Assembly (NCBI GenBank): GCA_031385045.1
Contig: JANNBC010000007.1
Coordinates: 32,001 to 96,000, forward strand
DNA from: a bacterium
Lineage (GTDB): Bacteria > Bdellovibrionota_C > UBA2361 > CALJRW01
DNA: 64,000 nucleotides
Direction: 5' to 3'
Under the pieces are notes generated by a model that had not been told where the DNA came from, made no database searches, and worked only from the letters and a program-made list of their open reading frames with translations. Below, piece by piece: positions 20,885 to 29,917 of this stretch. How positions within the stretch are numbered: position 1 is the stretch's first letter; each line of letters begins with the position of its first letter. Position numbers and translations under genes: made by a program.

Positions 20885-21454
20885 TTATTTAGCTGGAAAA
20901 GTTTTATCTAAAACTTTATTCCACTCAGTTACTTGCGGAACCGAAGTTAATAACTTCTCAACATTCCCAGTCAAAACAATTTTATTAATCTTGTCACCTT
21001 GAGCAACACTATCAACAACATCTTGCCCCTTAAGAACTTTACCAAAAACTGTGTGTCGACCATCTAACCAAGGAGTTGGAACATGAGTCACAAAAAACTG
21101 ACTACCATTGGTTCCTGGACCAGCGTTTGCCATAGAAAGAATTCCTGGAACATCATGTTTTAAATTTGGCTTAGTTTCATCTCCAAATTTATAGCCTGGC
21201 CCACCAGCTCCTGTCCCCGTTGGATCTCCACCTTGAATCATAAAATCTGGAATCACGCGGTGAAATGTAAGGCCATTATAGTAGCCTCTTTTAGCCAAGT
21301 TAATAAAATTTGCAGCAGTCATCGGAACCTCATCAGAGAAGATTTCCACCTCAATATTCCCCTTAGTTGTTTCTAAGGTTGCTTTAATGTTTTCTGCATT
21401 TGCATTCATGTAAGTACCCAAAATTAAAGTAAAAAGTAAAATAATGTTTTTCAT
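20885..21454 (-). CDS. Cyclophilin-type peptidyl-prolyl isomerase with signal peptide
   Basis: [34 protein letters not shown]. Confidence 0.95.
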   Translation of the reverse strand: MKNIILLFTLILGTYMNANAENIKATLETTKGNIEVEIFSDEVPMTAANFINLAKRGYYNGLTFHRVIPDFMIQGGDPTGTGAGGPGYKFGDETKPNLKHDVPGILSMANAGPGTNGSQFFVTHVPTPWLDGRHTVFGKVLKGQDVVDSVAQGDKINKIVLTGNVEKLLTSVPQVTEWNKVLDKTFPAK

Positions 21455-21926
21455 ATTGAATATCTAAGATTAGTCATTAGTCAAAAAAACTAATTGGCGT
21501 TATCAGCCAACTTGAAGTATAAGAATTACGGATTATGTACGCTGATCCCCACTGAGCTATTGAACTTAAACTTGCGGTATTTCACCCAAATTCCCTTTTG
21601 AATAGGAATAAGGACTATAGATACCACTTTAAGTCACAATCAACTCTTATAGCCATAAACGTAACCATAGTTGTTTACAACAAAAGTTATCAAATGACTA
21701 TCAAATGATTGGGGTATTAGTATATATTTGTTGATTCTTAATGGCAAATATACTGTAAGGTATTTATTGCCTATCCCTAATGGGACAAGTTGTAATATGA
21801 TAATGAGCAATCAAAATTGTATTACTAGGAAGAACAAATTAGCCAAACCAAGATCGAAAAATAATCCTTTACGGTTTGGTTTAAAAATCCTACTTTTTAA
21901 ACTAATTATTAATTTACGGAACTAAT

Positions 21927-22706
21927 ATGTCAAAATTCAAACAGGTTATTGCCGGTAGCTTTCTATTAATTGCCCTAGCTTGTCAGCAAGCTCAGCAAAT
22001 TGAAGCTGCCCCTACTGGAGATATCTCTAATGAAGCTTTTGCTAAAGCAATGGAAGCTTACTTACAAACTGAATCAGGAATGGAAAAAATTGGTGATTCC
22101 ATGCAAGCTTATTTTCAAAAGCAACAGCAGAAAGCTCAAGCAGATCGTGCTAAGCAAGAAGAGCAAGCACTAGAAGATCAATTTAAAAATCCAATTAAAG
22201 TTGATGTTGCCAATGCTCCGGTTAAAGGCCCAAAAGAAGCTAAAATTACAGTGGTAGAATATTCTGATTTTGAATGTCCTTTCTGTAGTCGTGGTGCATC
22301 AACAGTTGAAGAGATTATGAAAGCATATCCAAAAGATGTAAAAGTTGCTTTCAAAAACTTACCATTGCCATTCCACAAAAATGCTAAGCCTGCTGCTTTA
22401 GCTGCTTTAGCTGCTGGCAAACAAGGCAAATTTTGGGAAATGCATGACATATTATTTGCTAACCAAAAAGGTCTAGGGGAAGAACTTTTCTTAAGCACTG
22501 CTAAACAGTTAGGTCTAAATATTGATCAATTTAAAAAAGACTTAGCTGATCCAGCTTTGGCTAAACAAATTGAAGAAGACTCTAAAGAAGCCGGCAAGAT
22601 TGGTATTTCTGGAACTCCAGGATTCGTTGTAAACGGAGTCTTGGTTAAAGGAGCATATCCATTAAGTCACTTCCAAACAATTATTGATCGTCAGTTAAAA
22701 GAATAA
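21927..22706 (+). CDS. DsbA-family (thioredoxin-fold) lipoprotein
   Basis: Lipobox ALAC, YSDFECPFC, GTP cis-Pro motif. Confidence 0.9.
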   Translation: MSKFKQVIAGSFLLIALACQQAQQIEAAPTGDISNEAFAKAMEAYLQTESGMEKIGDSMQAYFQKQQQKAQADRAKQEEQALEDQFKNPIKVDVANAPVKGPKEAKITVVEYSDFECPFCSRGASTVEEIMKAYPKDVKVAFKNLPLPFHKNAKPAALAALAAGKQGKFWEMHDILFANQKGLGEELFLSTAKQLGLNIDQFKKDLADPALAKQIEEDSKEAGKIGISGTPGFVVNGVLVKGAYPLSHFQTIIDRQLKE

Positions 22707-22722
22707 TTAACTTTCATTAATA

Positions 22723-22753
22723 TCCCCCGATAGTAACAACTACTATCGGGGGA
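22723..22753. terminator. Hairpin between convergent genes, likely terminator
   Basis: Perfect 13-bp stem TCCCCCGATAGTA-acaac-TACTATCGGGGGA, 17 nt after the DsbA stop; no clear U-tract. Confidence 0.6.
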
Positions 22754-22810
22754 CTCCCTGCCCCGCCTTCCATTCTATAATTAATCTAATTTGCTACCTT
22801 TGGCGGACCG

Positions 22811-23689
22811 CTACTTGCCCTGGGAAAAAGAAAAGTCTGCAAGTCTTGGTAACTGATCAAGTATCCTTGGGTGAATCACTAGATTTGCTTCGGCATCATA
22901 TAAAACGACAATATTTCTTTCTGCTATAGCTGGTCGCATTTCACTAACTTTAAGATTAAGTAATGGTCCCCGATCATAATCAATCACTGCTTGTCCACCA
23001 ATTGGTAGGAAAGAATAGAGTCCGGCGAGCAAACGAGTCACATCGTCAAGCTCACTCGTCATGTGTGATTCAAAAGGAAAGTTTTGAGTATGAAGCTCAG
23101 TAGAAACCTGATTTAAATGGCGCCCAAAGACAAATTTATATTCGAAAAACCGTCCGGAATTAAGTGCGCTATAATCAAGTAACAAGGCATCTTTTATTCC
23201 AAAAAGATTCTTCTCTAATAATAAATCCCAACGGCCCGCTATATCTGAGATCTCAATCTCTAATTCTGGGAATCTAGCGGCTAACCAACGTGACAACCAT
23301 GGAGCACTTAAGTTTTCGGGATCAAGGGTAAATGAACATCCGGCACCAATTTCTAAGATTTTTATTTTAAAGTCGGGCAAGAAAAGATTCTGCCCCTTAA
23401 ACGTCTGATAAACATTAAAAATCTGCTCTAAAACCAAAATATCATGCTGACGGATTAAGCTTCTTAAAAAAACATCTTCATCACGGTCAATTGCAAAAAT
23501 ATCGAATTTGCCACGAGCTAATTTGGCACACAAATGAGCATCAACTAATGCACGAGACTCCGCGCAAAAAGGTACAAAATCACTTTGATAAAGTTCAATC
23601 AATTGCTCGACACTCTTTAAACTGGAAAACGCAGGGAGGCTGGGAAGTGGCTTTCGGGTTAATAGATCAAGATTAGGTAATGCAAACAA
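22811..23689 (-). CDS. Hypothetical protein, possible SAM-binding motif
   Basis: 292-aa ORF; ILEIGAG followed later by ISDI resembles class I methyltransferase motifs I/II. Confidence 0.4.
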   Translation of the reverse strand: MFALPNLDLLTRKPLPSLPAFSSLKSVEQLIELYQSDFVPFCAESRALVDAHLCAKLARGKFDIFAIDRDEDVFLRSLIRQHDILVLEQIFNVYQTFKGQNLFLPDFKIKILEIGAGCSFTLDPENLSAPWLSRWLAARFPELEIEISDIAGRWDLLLEKNLFGIKDALLLDYSALNSGRFFEYKFVFGRHLNQVSTELHTQNFPFESHMTSELDDVTRLLAGLYSFLPIGGQAVIDYDRGPLLNLKVSEMRPAIAERNIVVLYDAEANLVIHPRILDQLPRLADFSFSQGK

Positions 23690-23800
23690 AAGCGTTCCTT
23701 AAGTATTAACTAAGAGAAAAATCTCCCTAGAAGATTAGGATTTATTAAGGATAACTGAGGAAGGAACACTAATCAAATAAAAAGGCAGATAAAGTGTAAA

Positions 23801-25180
23801 TCAATGAACTATTGTCTTTGTTTGGACATATTCTAAAAGACCTTCCTTCCCTGACTCACGGCCATACCCAGACTTCTTATATCCACCAAATGGCAAAAAG
23901 GCGTCGCCACTTATTGTCTTATTAATTCCAACCATTCCAACCGCTAAGCGACTAACAAAATAATCAGCATCTTGCGCCGACTGAGTAAAAATACTGGCAG
24001 CAAGACCATAGGGACTGGAGTTAGCGATTTCAACTGCTTGGTCTAAATTCTGAAACTGGTGAAGCACCGCTACTGGACCAAAAACTTCTTCCTTTGATAT
24101 CGAGGCCTGACCAAAGGGATCATTAAAAATCCCTGGCGAATAGTAAAATCCTCGCTGCGAAATTTGTCTTGCTGGCAATACTTCCGTTGCTCCCTCTTTA
24201 ATTGCTAGCGCAATTTGTTGCTCAAGCTTTTTAGCAATATCAACACGCGCTAATGGCCCATAGGAGCTATCTGCATTAAATGGATCTCCCGGTCTTTTTT
24301 CCGACATCGCCTTTAGAAAATATTTACTAAATTCAAGATAAACATTTTGATCAATTAAAAATCTTTTGGCGGAACAGCATACTTGTCCTGCATTACGGCA
24401 ACGTGCATCAGCTGCTAACTGAGCTGTAACTTCTAAGTCAGCATCGGCAAGCACGATAAACGGATCGCTTCCTCCCAACTCAAGTGTAATTGGTTTAATC
24501 TGTTGCCCAGCGAGCGAAGCTAATCGTTGACCAGTTTGCAGACTGCCAGTGAAAATAATTTTAGCAATTCGATCATCGGAGATCAGTATTTCGGCATCAT
24601 GATTTACTAGTAACAAAACAGAAAATAATTCTTTTGGAAAACCAGCTTCCCAAATTAGCTCTTGGACTCTTAGCGCGCAGCCAGCAACATTTGGCGCTGG
24701 CTTTAGAACAACCGCATTCCCAGCTATTAATGCTGGTAGTGCCGAACGAAGTGGTAACCAAACAGGATAATTCCAAGGCGTGATATTAAATGTTACCCCA
24801 TAGGCTTCCTTGATAATTTTATTAAAAGATTTCTCTGGTAAGTATCTGCTTTCTGCCACAAGAATTTCTTCTGCTTGCAATAAAAGAAAATCGCACATCC
24901 GAACGGCACTGCTAACCTCAGCAATCGCTGAAGTAAATAATTTACCCATCTCCAAGGTAATGAGTCTTGCTAATTCCTGTTGATGAATGATTAATAAATT
25001 TTTAAATTTTTCTAGTAGAAGTAGTCGGTGATCAATTGTTGTTCTAGCCCAATCTGGCTGAGCTTTATGAGCTAATGAGAGGCAAGAATTAATCTGAGAA
25101 GAATTTGCTGAGGAATAACTTTGAATTAGCTCTTCACTTGCTGGATTGACAGAACAATATGAAAGTAAATTTGTACTCAC
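23801..25180 (-). CDS. NAD(P)-dependent aldehyde dehydrogenase (succinate-semialdehyde dehydrogenase-like)
   Basis: PWNYP, FTGS, LELGGSDP, NAGQVC, EEVFGP, PFGG. Confidence 0.92.
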   Translation of the reverse strand: MSTNLLSYCSVNPASEELIQSYSSANSSQINSCLSLAHKAQPDWARTTIDHRLLLLEKFKNLLIIHQQELARLITLEMGKLFTSAIAEVSSAVRMCDFLLLQAEEILVAESRYLPEKSFNKIIKEAYGVTFNITPWNYPVWLPLRSALPALIAGNAVVLKPAPNVAGCALRVQELIWEAGFPKELFSVLLLVNHDAEILISDDRIAKIIFTGSLQTGQRLASLAGQQIKPITLELGGSDPFIVLADADLEVTAQLAADARCRNAGQVCCSAKRFLIDQNVYLEFSKYFLKAMSEKRPGDPFNADSSYGPLARVDIAKKLEQQIALAIKEGATEVLPARQISQRGFYYSPGIFNDPFGQASISKEEVFGPVAVLHQFQNLDQAVEIANSSPYGLAASIFTQSAQDADYFVSRLAVGMVGINKTISGDAFLPFGGYKKSGYGRESGKEGLLEYVQTKTIVH

Positions 25181-25257
25181 AATAATATTTTTTGGATTAG
25201 TGCTTTAGCATTACTAAAGCACCTAGGGATGCGTTTGGAATTCTTATAAACAAATAT

Positions 25258-25635
25258 TTAAGAAACCTTCTGAATCCACATATTACACCAACCAGTTTCA
25301 GAAACTAAGCCTTCTGTGAACAAGCTACAGACGCCATATTTACCAGTCTTGCCAGCCACCTCTTGCGCCCCTTTAACCATTAATTGGCAACTACCACAGA
25401 ATTGTTTAGCACCAGCATCGCCAGCACGCTTTGGAAATTTAACAATATCAACTTTTGTGGCATCAGCTAAATAACCAAACTGTTTGGCTTTTGCAGAATT
25501 TTCATCCACTTCTGTCGTTGGAACTTCTAAAGCATAGACACGATTCGGCTTCATAAGAACTCCAGCAACCGGAATACTTGCAGCGGTTACACCAATTACT
25601 CTAAGAAAAGATCGACGATTAATTTGATTAGTCAT
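25258..25635 (-). CDS. High-potential iron-sulfur protein (HiPIP), Tat-exported
   Basis: NRRSFL twin-arginine signal; CGSC...C..F...GWCNMW four-Cys pattern; likely start ATG 25635. Confidence 0.88.
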   Translation of the reverse strand: MTNQINRRSFLRVIGVTAASIPVAGVLMKPNRVYALEVPTTEVDENSAKAKQFGYLADATKVDIVKFPKRAGDAGAKQFCGSCQLMVKGAQEVAGKTGKYGVCSLFTEGLVSETGWCNMWIQKVS

Positions 25636-25658
25636 TTTTGTATTTAAAAATAAAATAT

Positions 25659-25870
25659 ATAGTGAGTCCAAAAAGTAATTTCCGTAGGAATTACTTTTTG
25701 GGGCTTACTATCTCCCAGAGGGGTAATAAAATCATATAGTTATGACAAAAAACACAAAACTCACTTTTAAATACTCGGAAAATATTTTTTGTCATAACTA
25801 TAATAATCCCAGATTTGAATTGGCAGTGATAAAACTATAATCTCCTTTCGGAAGTTTTTTTATCATCACT
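25659..25870. repeat. Dispersed intergenic palindromic repeat, copy C (three tandem hairpin modules)
   Basis: Modules 25659-25711, 25735-25802 (perfect 18-bp inverted repeat) and 25825-25870; shares AAAGTAATTTCCG, CGGAAAATATTTT and CCCAGA with copy B. Confidence 0.72.
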
Positions 25871-26146
25871 ACTTCTCAGCTTTGGACAATTCAAGAAATT
25901 TAGTGCTGTTTGAGGTTTGAATTAACCAAAACTGAGGATATCTGTTAGTTAGCTTAGATCTAATTTCCTGACAATCAACAGTGATTTAGGCAAAATGCCT
26001 GAAAAAATAATAGCTAATAATATTAGCTAGTTATAGCTTAGTAGTTTTTTACAAAACAGTTACTTTAAATTTATTTAGTTTGCACATTTTAAAATGGAAG
26101 CAGAATCATAATTATATCAGATTAATATATAACTGGATTACTAACT

Positions 26147-26452
26147 ATGGTTGACTTCAAAATAACTCATCAAAAGCAAGATCAAAAGAGCGATTTAACT
26201 ACGACTGGTTTTAGTCGTAGTAGTAGCTTACCAAACAGAGATTCTAAGGTTGAGCTGTTTGGAGAAGAGATTAGTGGACCAGTACTTAGATTAGGTGCTA
26301 ATCCAAGTTCAGGTCTTTCAGGAAGACACCAAGATATTGAAAGTCAGGCAATCTCAAATAGACTACCTTACCAATCAAAAGATTCCGATTCGGTTGCTCG
26401 TACCATTGTTATTTCAGGGAGTCGAGTTAGCTTCTCGCCAGATCTAAACTAG
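26147..26452 (+). CDS. Hypothetical Ser-rich protein
   Basis: 101-aa ATG ORF in otherwise empty space; no recognisable motif. Confidence 0.45.
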   Translation: MVDFKITHQKQDQKSDLTTTGFSRSSSLPNRDSKVELFGEEISGPVLRLGANPSSGLSGRHQDIESQAISNRLPYQSKDSDSVARTIVISGSRVSFSPDLN

Positions 26453-26458
26453 CCTTTA

Positions 26459-26851
26459 TTAGAAATTTAAAGCTTCAACAGCAGCACGGGCGTATGGTAA
26501 TAGCCGAGGAGCTATTTGTTCCGGTAGAATTTCAGGTCCTAAAATTCCCATTCCAACAGGCTTCAAGAACTCCAGCTGTAAATTAATAATAGCGCTGGCA
26601 ACAGCTTGTCCCATGACTAGCCCATGTTTAGTCTGACCTCTTTCAATAATGCCTAACACTACCGCAGCATCAGGATTATATTTAAGAAACGCTTGCTTTA
26701 ATGCTAATGGCTTCTCAAAAGATCCGGCAACCCAAATTTCTGCTAGAATCTCTAACTGATTTTCAGCCGCAGCTTTTCGAGCTTCTGCTAACATCTTACT
26801 AACTTCTTGCTTATGAAATGAGCCGAGAATAATTACAATTTTTTTAATCAT
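26459..26851 (-). CDS. ribH: 6,7-dimethyl-8-ribityllumazine synthase (short, divergent)
   Basis: VAGSFEKP, LGIIERGQTKH, KPVGMGIL, AAVEAL. Confidence 0.85.
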   Translation of the reverse strand: MIKKIVIILGSFHKQEVSKMLAEARKAAAENQLEILAEIWVAGSFEKPLALKQAFLKYNPDAAVVLGIIERGQTKHGLVMGQAVASAIINLQLEFLKPVGMGILGPEILPEQIAPRLLPYARAAVEALNF

Positions 26852-26954
26852 GGATGAAATCTCTGTAAGAGTTTACATAAGTAAACTAAGTCAATAAAAT
26901 CTTAGCCGTCTGTCTATTTTGTTAATTTTAGAAGTTTTAGTATAACCTGAAACT

Positions 26955-27827
26955 ATGAATAAACCAGCTAATTGTCAAAATCCTAGTTTCGACTACCAAC
27001 TTGTCGACTCTGGTAACCTAAAAAAATTAGAGCGTTTTGGCGGTCACTTAATTATTCGTCCTTCTAGCCAAGCTATCTGGCAAGCTAGTAAGGCCAAAAA
27101 TATTTGGTCAGAAGCAAGCGCTGAGTTTCACCATGACAATGGCTGGAGAAATCCTAAAAAGTTAGATTCTTGGTCAATAAAAATTAGTGCTGAAAAAAAA
27201 ATAAATCTGCGCCTGCAAGACAATGGTCAAATTGGCATATTTCCAGAGCATCATTCTTACTTAGAAGATATCAAAAAACAAATTTCTGGGTTGTCGAATA
27301 TTAAAATTCTAAATCTTTTTGCCTATACTGGAATGGCCAGTGTTTATCTTAGCAATCCTCAAGTAGAGGTTACCCATGTTGATATCACTAAAAAATGTCT
27401 CGACTGGACTAAAGAAAATATTAATAGCAATTCCAACCTTGGCTCAATTCGTCTAATCAACGAAGATGCTGAGGATTTTGTGAACAAAGAGATTAGACGC
27501 AACAAAACATATAACGTTGTGATTATTGACCCGCCTAGCTTTAGTCGCGTAACCCGTAATAAAAGCTGGGATCTGGAAGATATCCTACCTGACCTTGCAA
27601 GCCTTTTAGTAAAGATTGTTGACCAAAACAACTTTGCTATTTATTTTGCTAGCCATCTGCAACAAGGCTTTGCTAATTCCATTAGTAATATCTTTTGGGA
27701 TCATTTTCAGGATAAAGTTATTTATGAACAAAGACTACTAAATCTTGTAGAAGATACTTCCGCGCGCGAGCTTCCTTGTAGCAACTTAAGTATTATTAGC
27801 TCAAAACCCATTAAGTTCGATCCCTAA
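26955..27827 (+). CDS. Class I SAM-dependent methyltransferase (RlmI/RlmK-like)
   Basis: YQLVDSG..KLERFG, GIFPE, LNLFAYTG, IIDPPSF. Confidence 0.85.
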   Translation: MNKPANCQNPSFDYQLVDSGNLKKLERFGGHLIIRPSSQAIWQASKAKNIWSEASAEFHHDNGWRNPKKLDSWSIKISAEKKINLRLQDNGQIGIFPEHHSYLEDIKKQISGLSNIKILNLFAYTGMASVYLSNPQVEVTHVDITKKCLDWTKENINSNSNLGSIRLINEDAEDFVNKEIRRNKTYNVVIIDPPSFSRVTRNKSWDLEDILPDLASLLVKIVDQNNFAIYFASHLQQGFANSISNIFWDHFQDKVIYEQRLLNLVEDTSARELPCSNLSIISSKPIKFDP

Positions 27828-27842
27828 AAAATAGCAATTAAC

Positions 27843-29174
27843 TTACAGCAAACTACTTGCTAAATTTGCTAGTTCGGATCGTTCCCCTTTCTCTAACTTA
27901 ATGTGTGCAAATAATTGATTCCCCTTAAAGCGATCAATTAAGTAGGAAAGACCGTTACTATGCGCATCTAAATATGGAGTATCAATCTGATTAACATCTC
28001 CCGTGAAAACAATTTTTGTATTTTCACCAGCACGCGTAATAATTGTTTTAATCTCGTGGGGGGTCAAATTCTGAGCTTCGTCCACAATAATAAAAACATT
28101 AGATAAACTTCTTCCGCGAATATATGTTAAAGGAAGAATTTCGATCTTCTTGGAAGTCACTAAATCATCCAACAATTTAAGTTCCTTATCTGTTTCCTTG
28201 TACTGACTCTTAATAAATTTTAAGTTATCCCATAATGGTTCAATGTAAGGATTAAGTTTAGAATTAATATCCCCTGGTAAATAACCAATATCAGAATTAC
28301 TTAGTGGAACGGTTGGACGAGTAATATAAATCTGTCGGAAGTTACGTCGCTGTTCAATAGCTGAGGCTAAAGCTAATAAAGTCTTTCCAGTCCCAGCAGT
28401 TCCCTGCATTGTGACTAAAGGAATTGCTGGATCCATCAAAGCATTGATCGCGAATATTTGTTCAGCATTTCTGGGAGCAACTCCAGCCACTGAGACTTTA
28501 TCAATCAGGTTATATTCCTCTTGAACCGAATTATATCTTGCTAGTGCTGATTTTTTACCATTCTTAAGAATGAAATACTGGTTATGTTTAGCAAAATCAA
28601 AAGGAATCAACTCACCTGGAATAGATCGGTCTTCGTAAATATGATTAATAATTTCGGAATCTAAATTTTCTACTCTAGATTTACCAGAGTACTCTAATTC
28701 CACATCATCAACTCTTCCAGTTTCGTAATCTTCTGCTACCAAATTTAAGGCTTTAGCCTTAAGCCGTAAGGCGATGTCTTTAGTTACTAAGACGACTAGC
28801 TTATTAGGCTCTTCTTGCTGTAATGCTAAAGCGGCTTTTAAAATTTTGTGATCATTTAGATCAAGATTTAAACCTTTAATATCAATATTAGAAGTATCGT
28901 CTTTAATCAAAACGCGGAATCTGCCACTGCTTGGCGGGTTAATTGGCAACCAATCCTGAAGGGAGTGCTCTTGTGATAATTTATCAACAAAACGAATGAA
29001 CTCACGAGCGGAAAAGTTCTTTACTTCATTGCCCTTTTTAAAACGATCCAGCTCTTCAAGAACTGTAATTGGAATAGCGATGTCATGTTCTTGGAAATTT
29101 ATTATCGCTTGATGGTCATAAAGGATAACAGAGGTATCTAATACGAAAATCTTCTGGGCTGGTACTTGCAACAT
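27843..29174 (-). CDS. PhoH2-type PIN nuclease-PhoH ATPase fusion
   Basis: PIN motifs VLDTSV, VLEELD, ND, VTKD; PhoH motifs GTAGTGKT, GYLPG, RGRS, DEAQN, GD..QID, ERS. Confidence 0.92.
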   Translation of the reverse strand: MLQVPAQKIFVLDTSVILYDHQAIINFQEHDIAIPITVLEELDRFKKGNEVKNFSAREFIRFVDKLSQEHSLQDWLPINPPSSGRFRVLIKDDTSNIDIKGLNLDLNDHKILKAALALQQEEPNKLVVLVTKDIALRLKAKALNLVAEDYETGRVDDVELEYSGKSRVENLDSEIINHIYEDRSIPGELIPFDFAKHNQYFILKNGKKSALARYNSVQEEYNLIDKVSVAGVAPRNAEQIFAINALMDPAIPLVTMQGTAGTGKTLLALASAIEQRRNFRQIYITRPTVPLSNSDIGYLPGDINSKLNPYIEPLWDNLKFIKSQYKETDKELKLLDDLVTSKKIEILPLTYIRGRSLSNVFIIVDEAQNLTPHEIKTIITRAGENTKIVFTGDVNQIDTPYLDAHSNGLSYLIDRFKGNQLFAHIKLEKGERSELANLASSLL

Positions 29175-29496
29175 TAGAAAGATACAAACATAACGAGGTT
29201 TAAAACCAAGCTATCTTCTAATTTCAGCTAAAATTAGAAAAGCTTGAAACTACCTGGCTCGCTACTTAATTTCGACTACATTTTTACTTTAAATCAGTTT
29301 AAGTAAAAGTAAAATACAAAATCGACAAGGAAAGAAAAAAATATTTCTTAGGGAATTATTATCAGAAAGTTCTTGAATTTAGAGATCAGAATGTAGTATG
29401 GCCGTTTTAGTTTTGTTTGATTCAGATTAACATCAGATTTAAAAATATTATCTCGGCATTCGTGAATTGTTTTCCTGATCTAAAAAAATTTCAGGA

Positions 29497-29694
29497 TTAC
29501 TTCAATAAGCCTTTATCCTCATCCTCATTTAAGATAGAACGGGCGACAAACTCAGGATCAATTTGATAACCGCCAGACTGCAGTTTATCCTTAATTGAGT
29601 TTTGTCTACGAATTTTTCGTGCTAACCAATCAAGTGAAAGATAAGTAGCACTTCTTTTACGATTACCGCCAGATTTACAATTACAACTATCCAT
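29497..29694 (-). CDS. FlgM-like anti-sigma28 factor (C-terminal domain)
   Basis: IKDKLQSGGYQIDPEFVARSIL resembles the FlgM C-terminal pattern K..I..G.Y.VD...IA..L; sigma28-like promoter directly upstream. Confidence 0.65.
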   Translation of the reverse strand: MDSCNCKSGGNRKRSATYLSLDWLARKIRRQNSIKDKLQSGGYQIDPEFVARSILNEDEDKGLLK

Positions 29695-29701
29695 GAAGTT
29701 C

Positions 29702-29729
29702 TATTCGACTTATTCCACTTAAAACTTTA
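29702..29729 (-). promoter_or_regulatory. Sigma28 (FliA)-like promoter
   Basis: Minus strand TAAAGTTT-N12-GTCGAATA versus consensus TAAAGTTT-N11-GCCGATAA. Confidence 0.5.
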
Positions 29730-29917
29730 GGAACAATTAAGATTTAAACTAAAAAAACTAGCCTTAGAACTAGGGATATCCCTTAAAACAGAGCAATATC
29801 GACTAATCAGCCAAAGTGACTTACCCATTGACTCCTCTAACCCGAGACGAGCCATAACATTGCTCAAATATTATTGAAATCCTATAACCAATACATAACG
29901 GCTAAAATTCCCCCCTT

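Noticed and set aside
21500..21570. tRNA-like words on the minus strand (TAGCTCAGTGG...TTCAAG)
   Set aside because: Acceptor, anticodon and T stems do not pair; no cloverleaf
21570..21600. AGGGAA...GGTGAAATACC resembling the start of a cobalamin riboswitch
   Set aside because: The downstream CCCGC.ACTGT and B12-box elements are missing, and the downstream genes are unrelated to B12
21728..21925. 65-aa TTG-start ORF upstream of the DsbA gene
   Set aside because: AT-rich promoter region, weak start, no RBS or motif; probably non-coding
25659..25870. Hairpin array read as a CRISPR array or integron attC cassettes
   Set aside because: Units are not identical direct repeats, lack RYYYAAC/GTTRRRY ends and enclose no cassette ORFs
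27843..29174. PIN domain as a toxin-antitoxin or defence system
   Set aside because: Standard PhoH2 PIN-ATPase fusion with no adjacent antitoxin ORF evident
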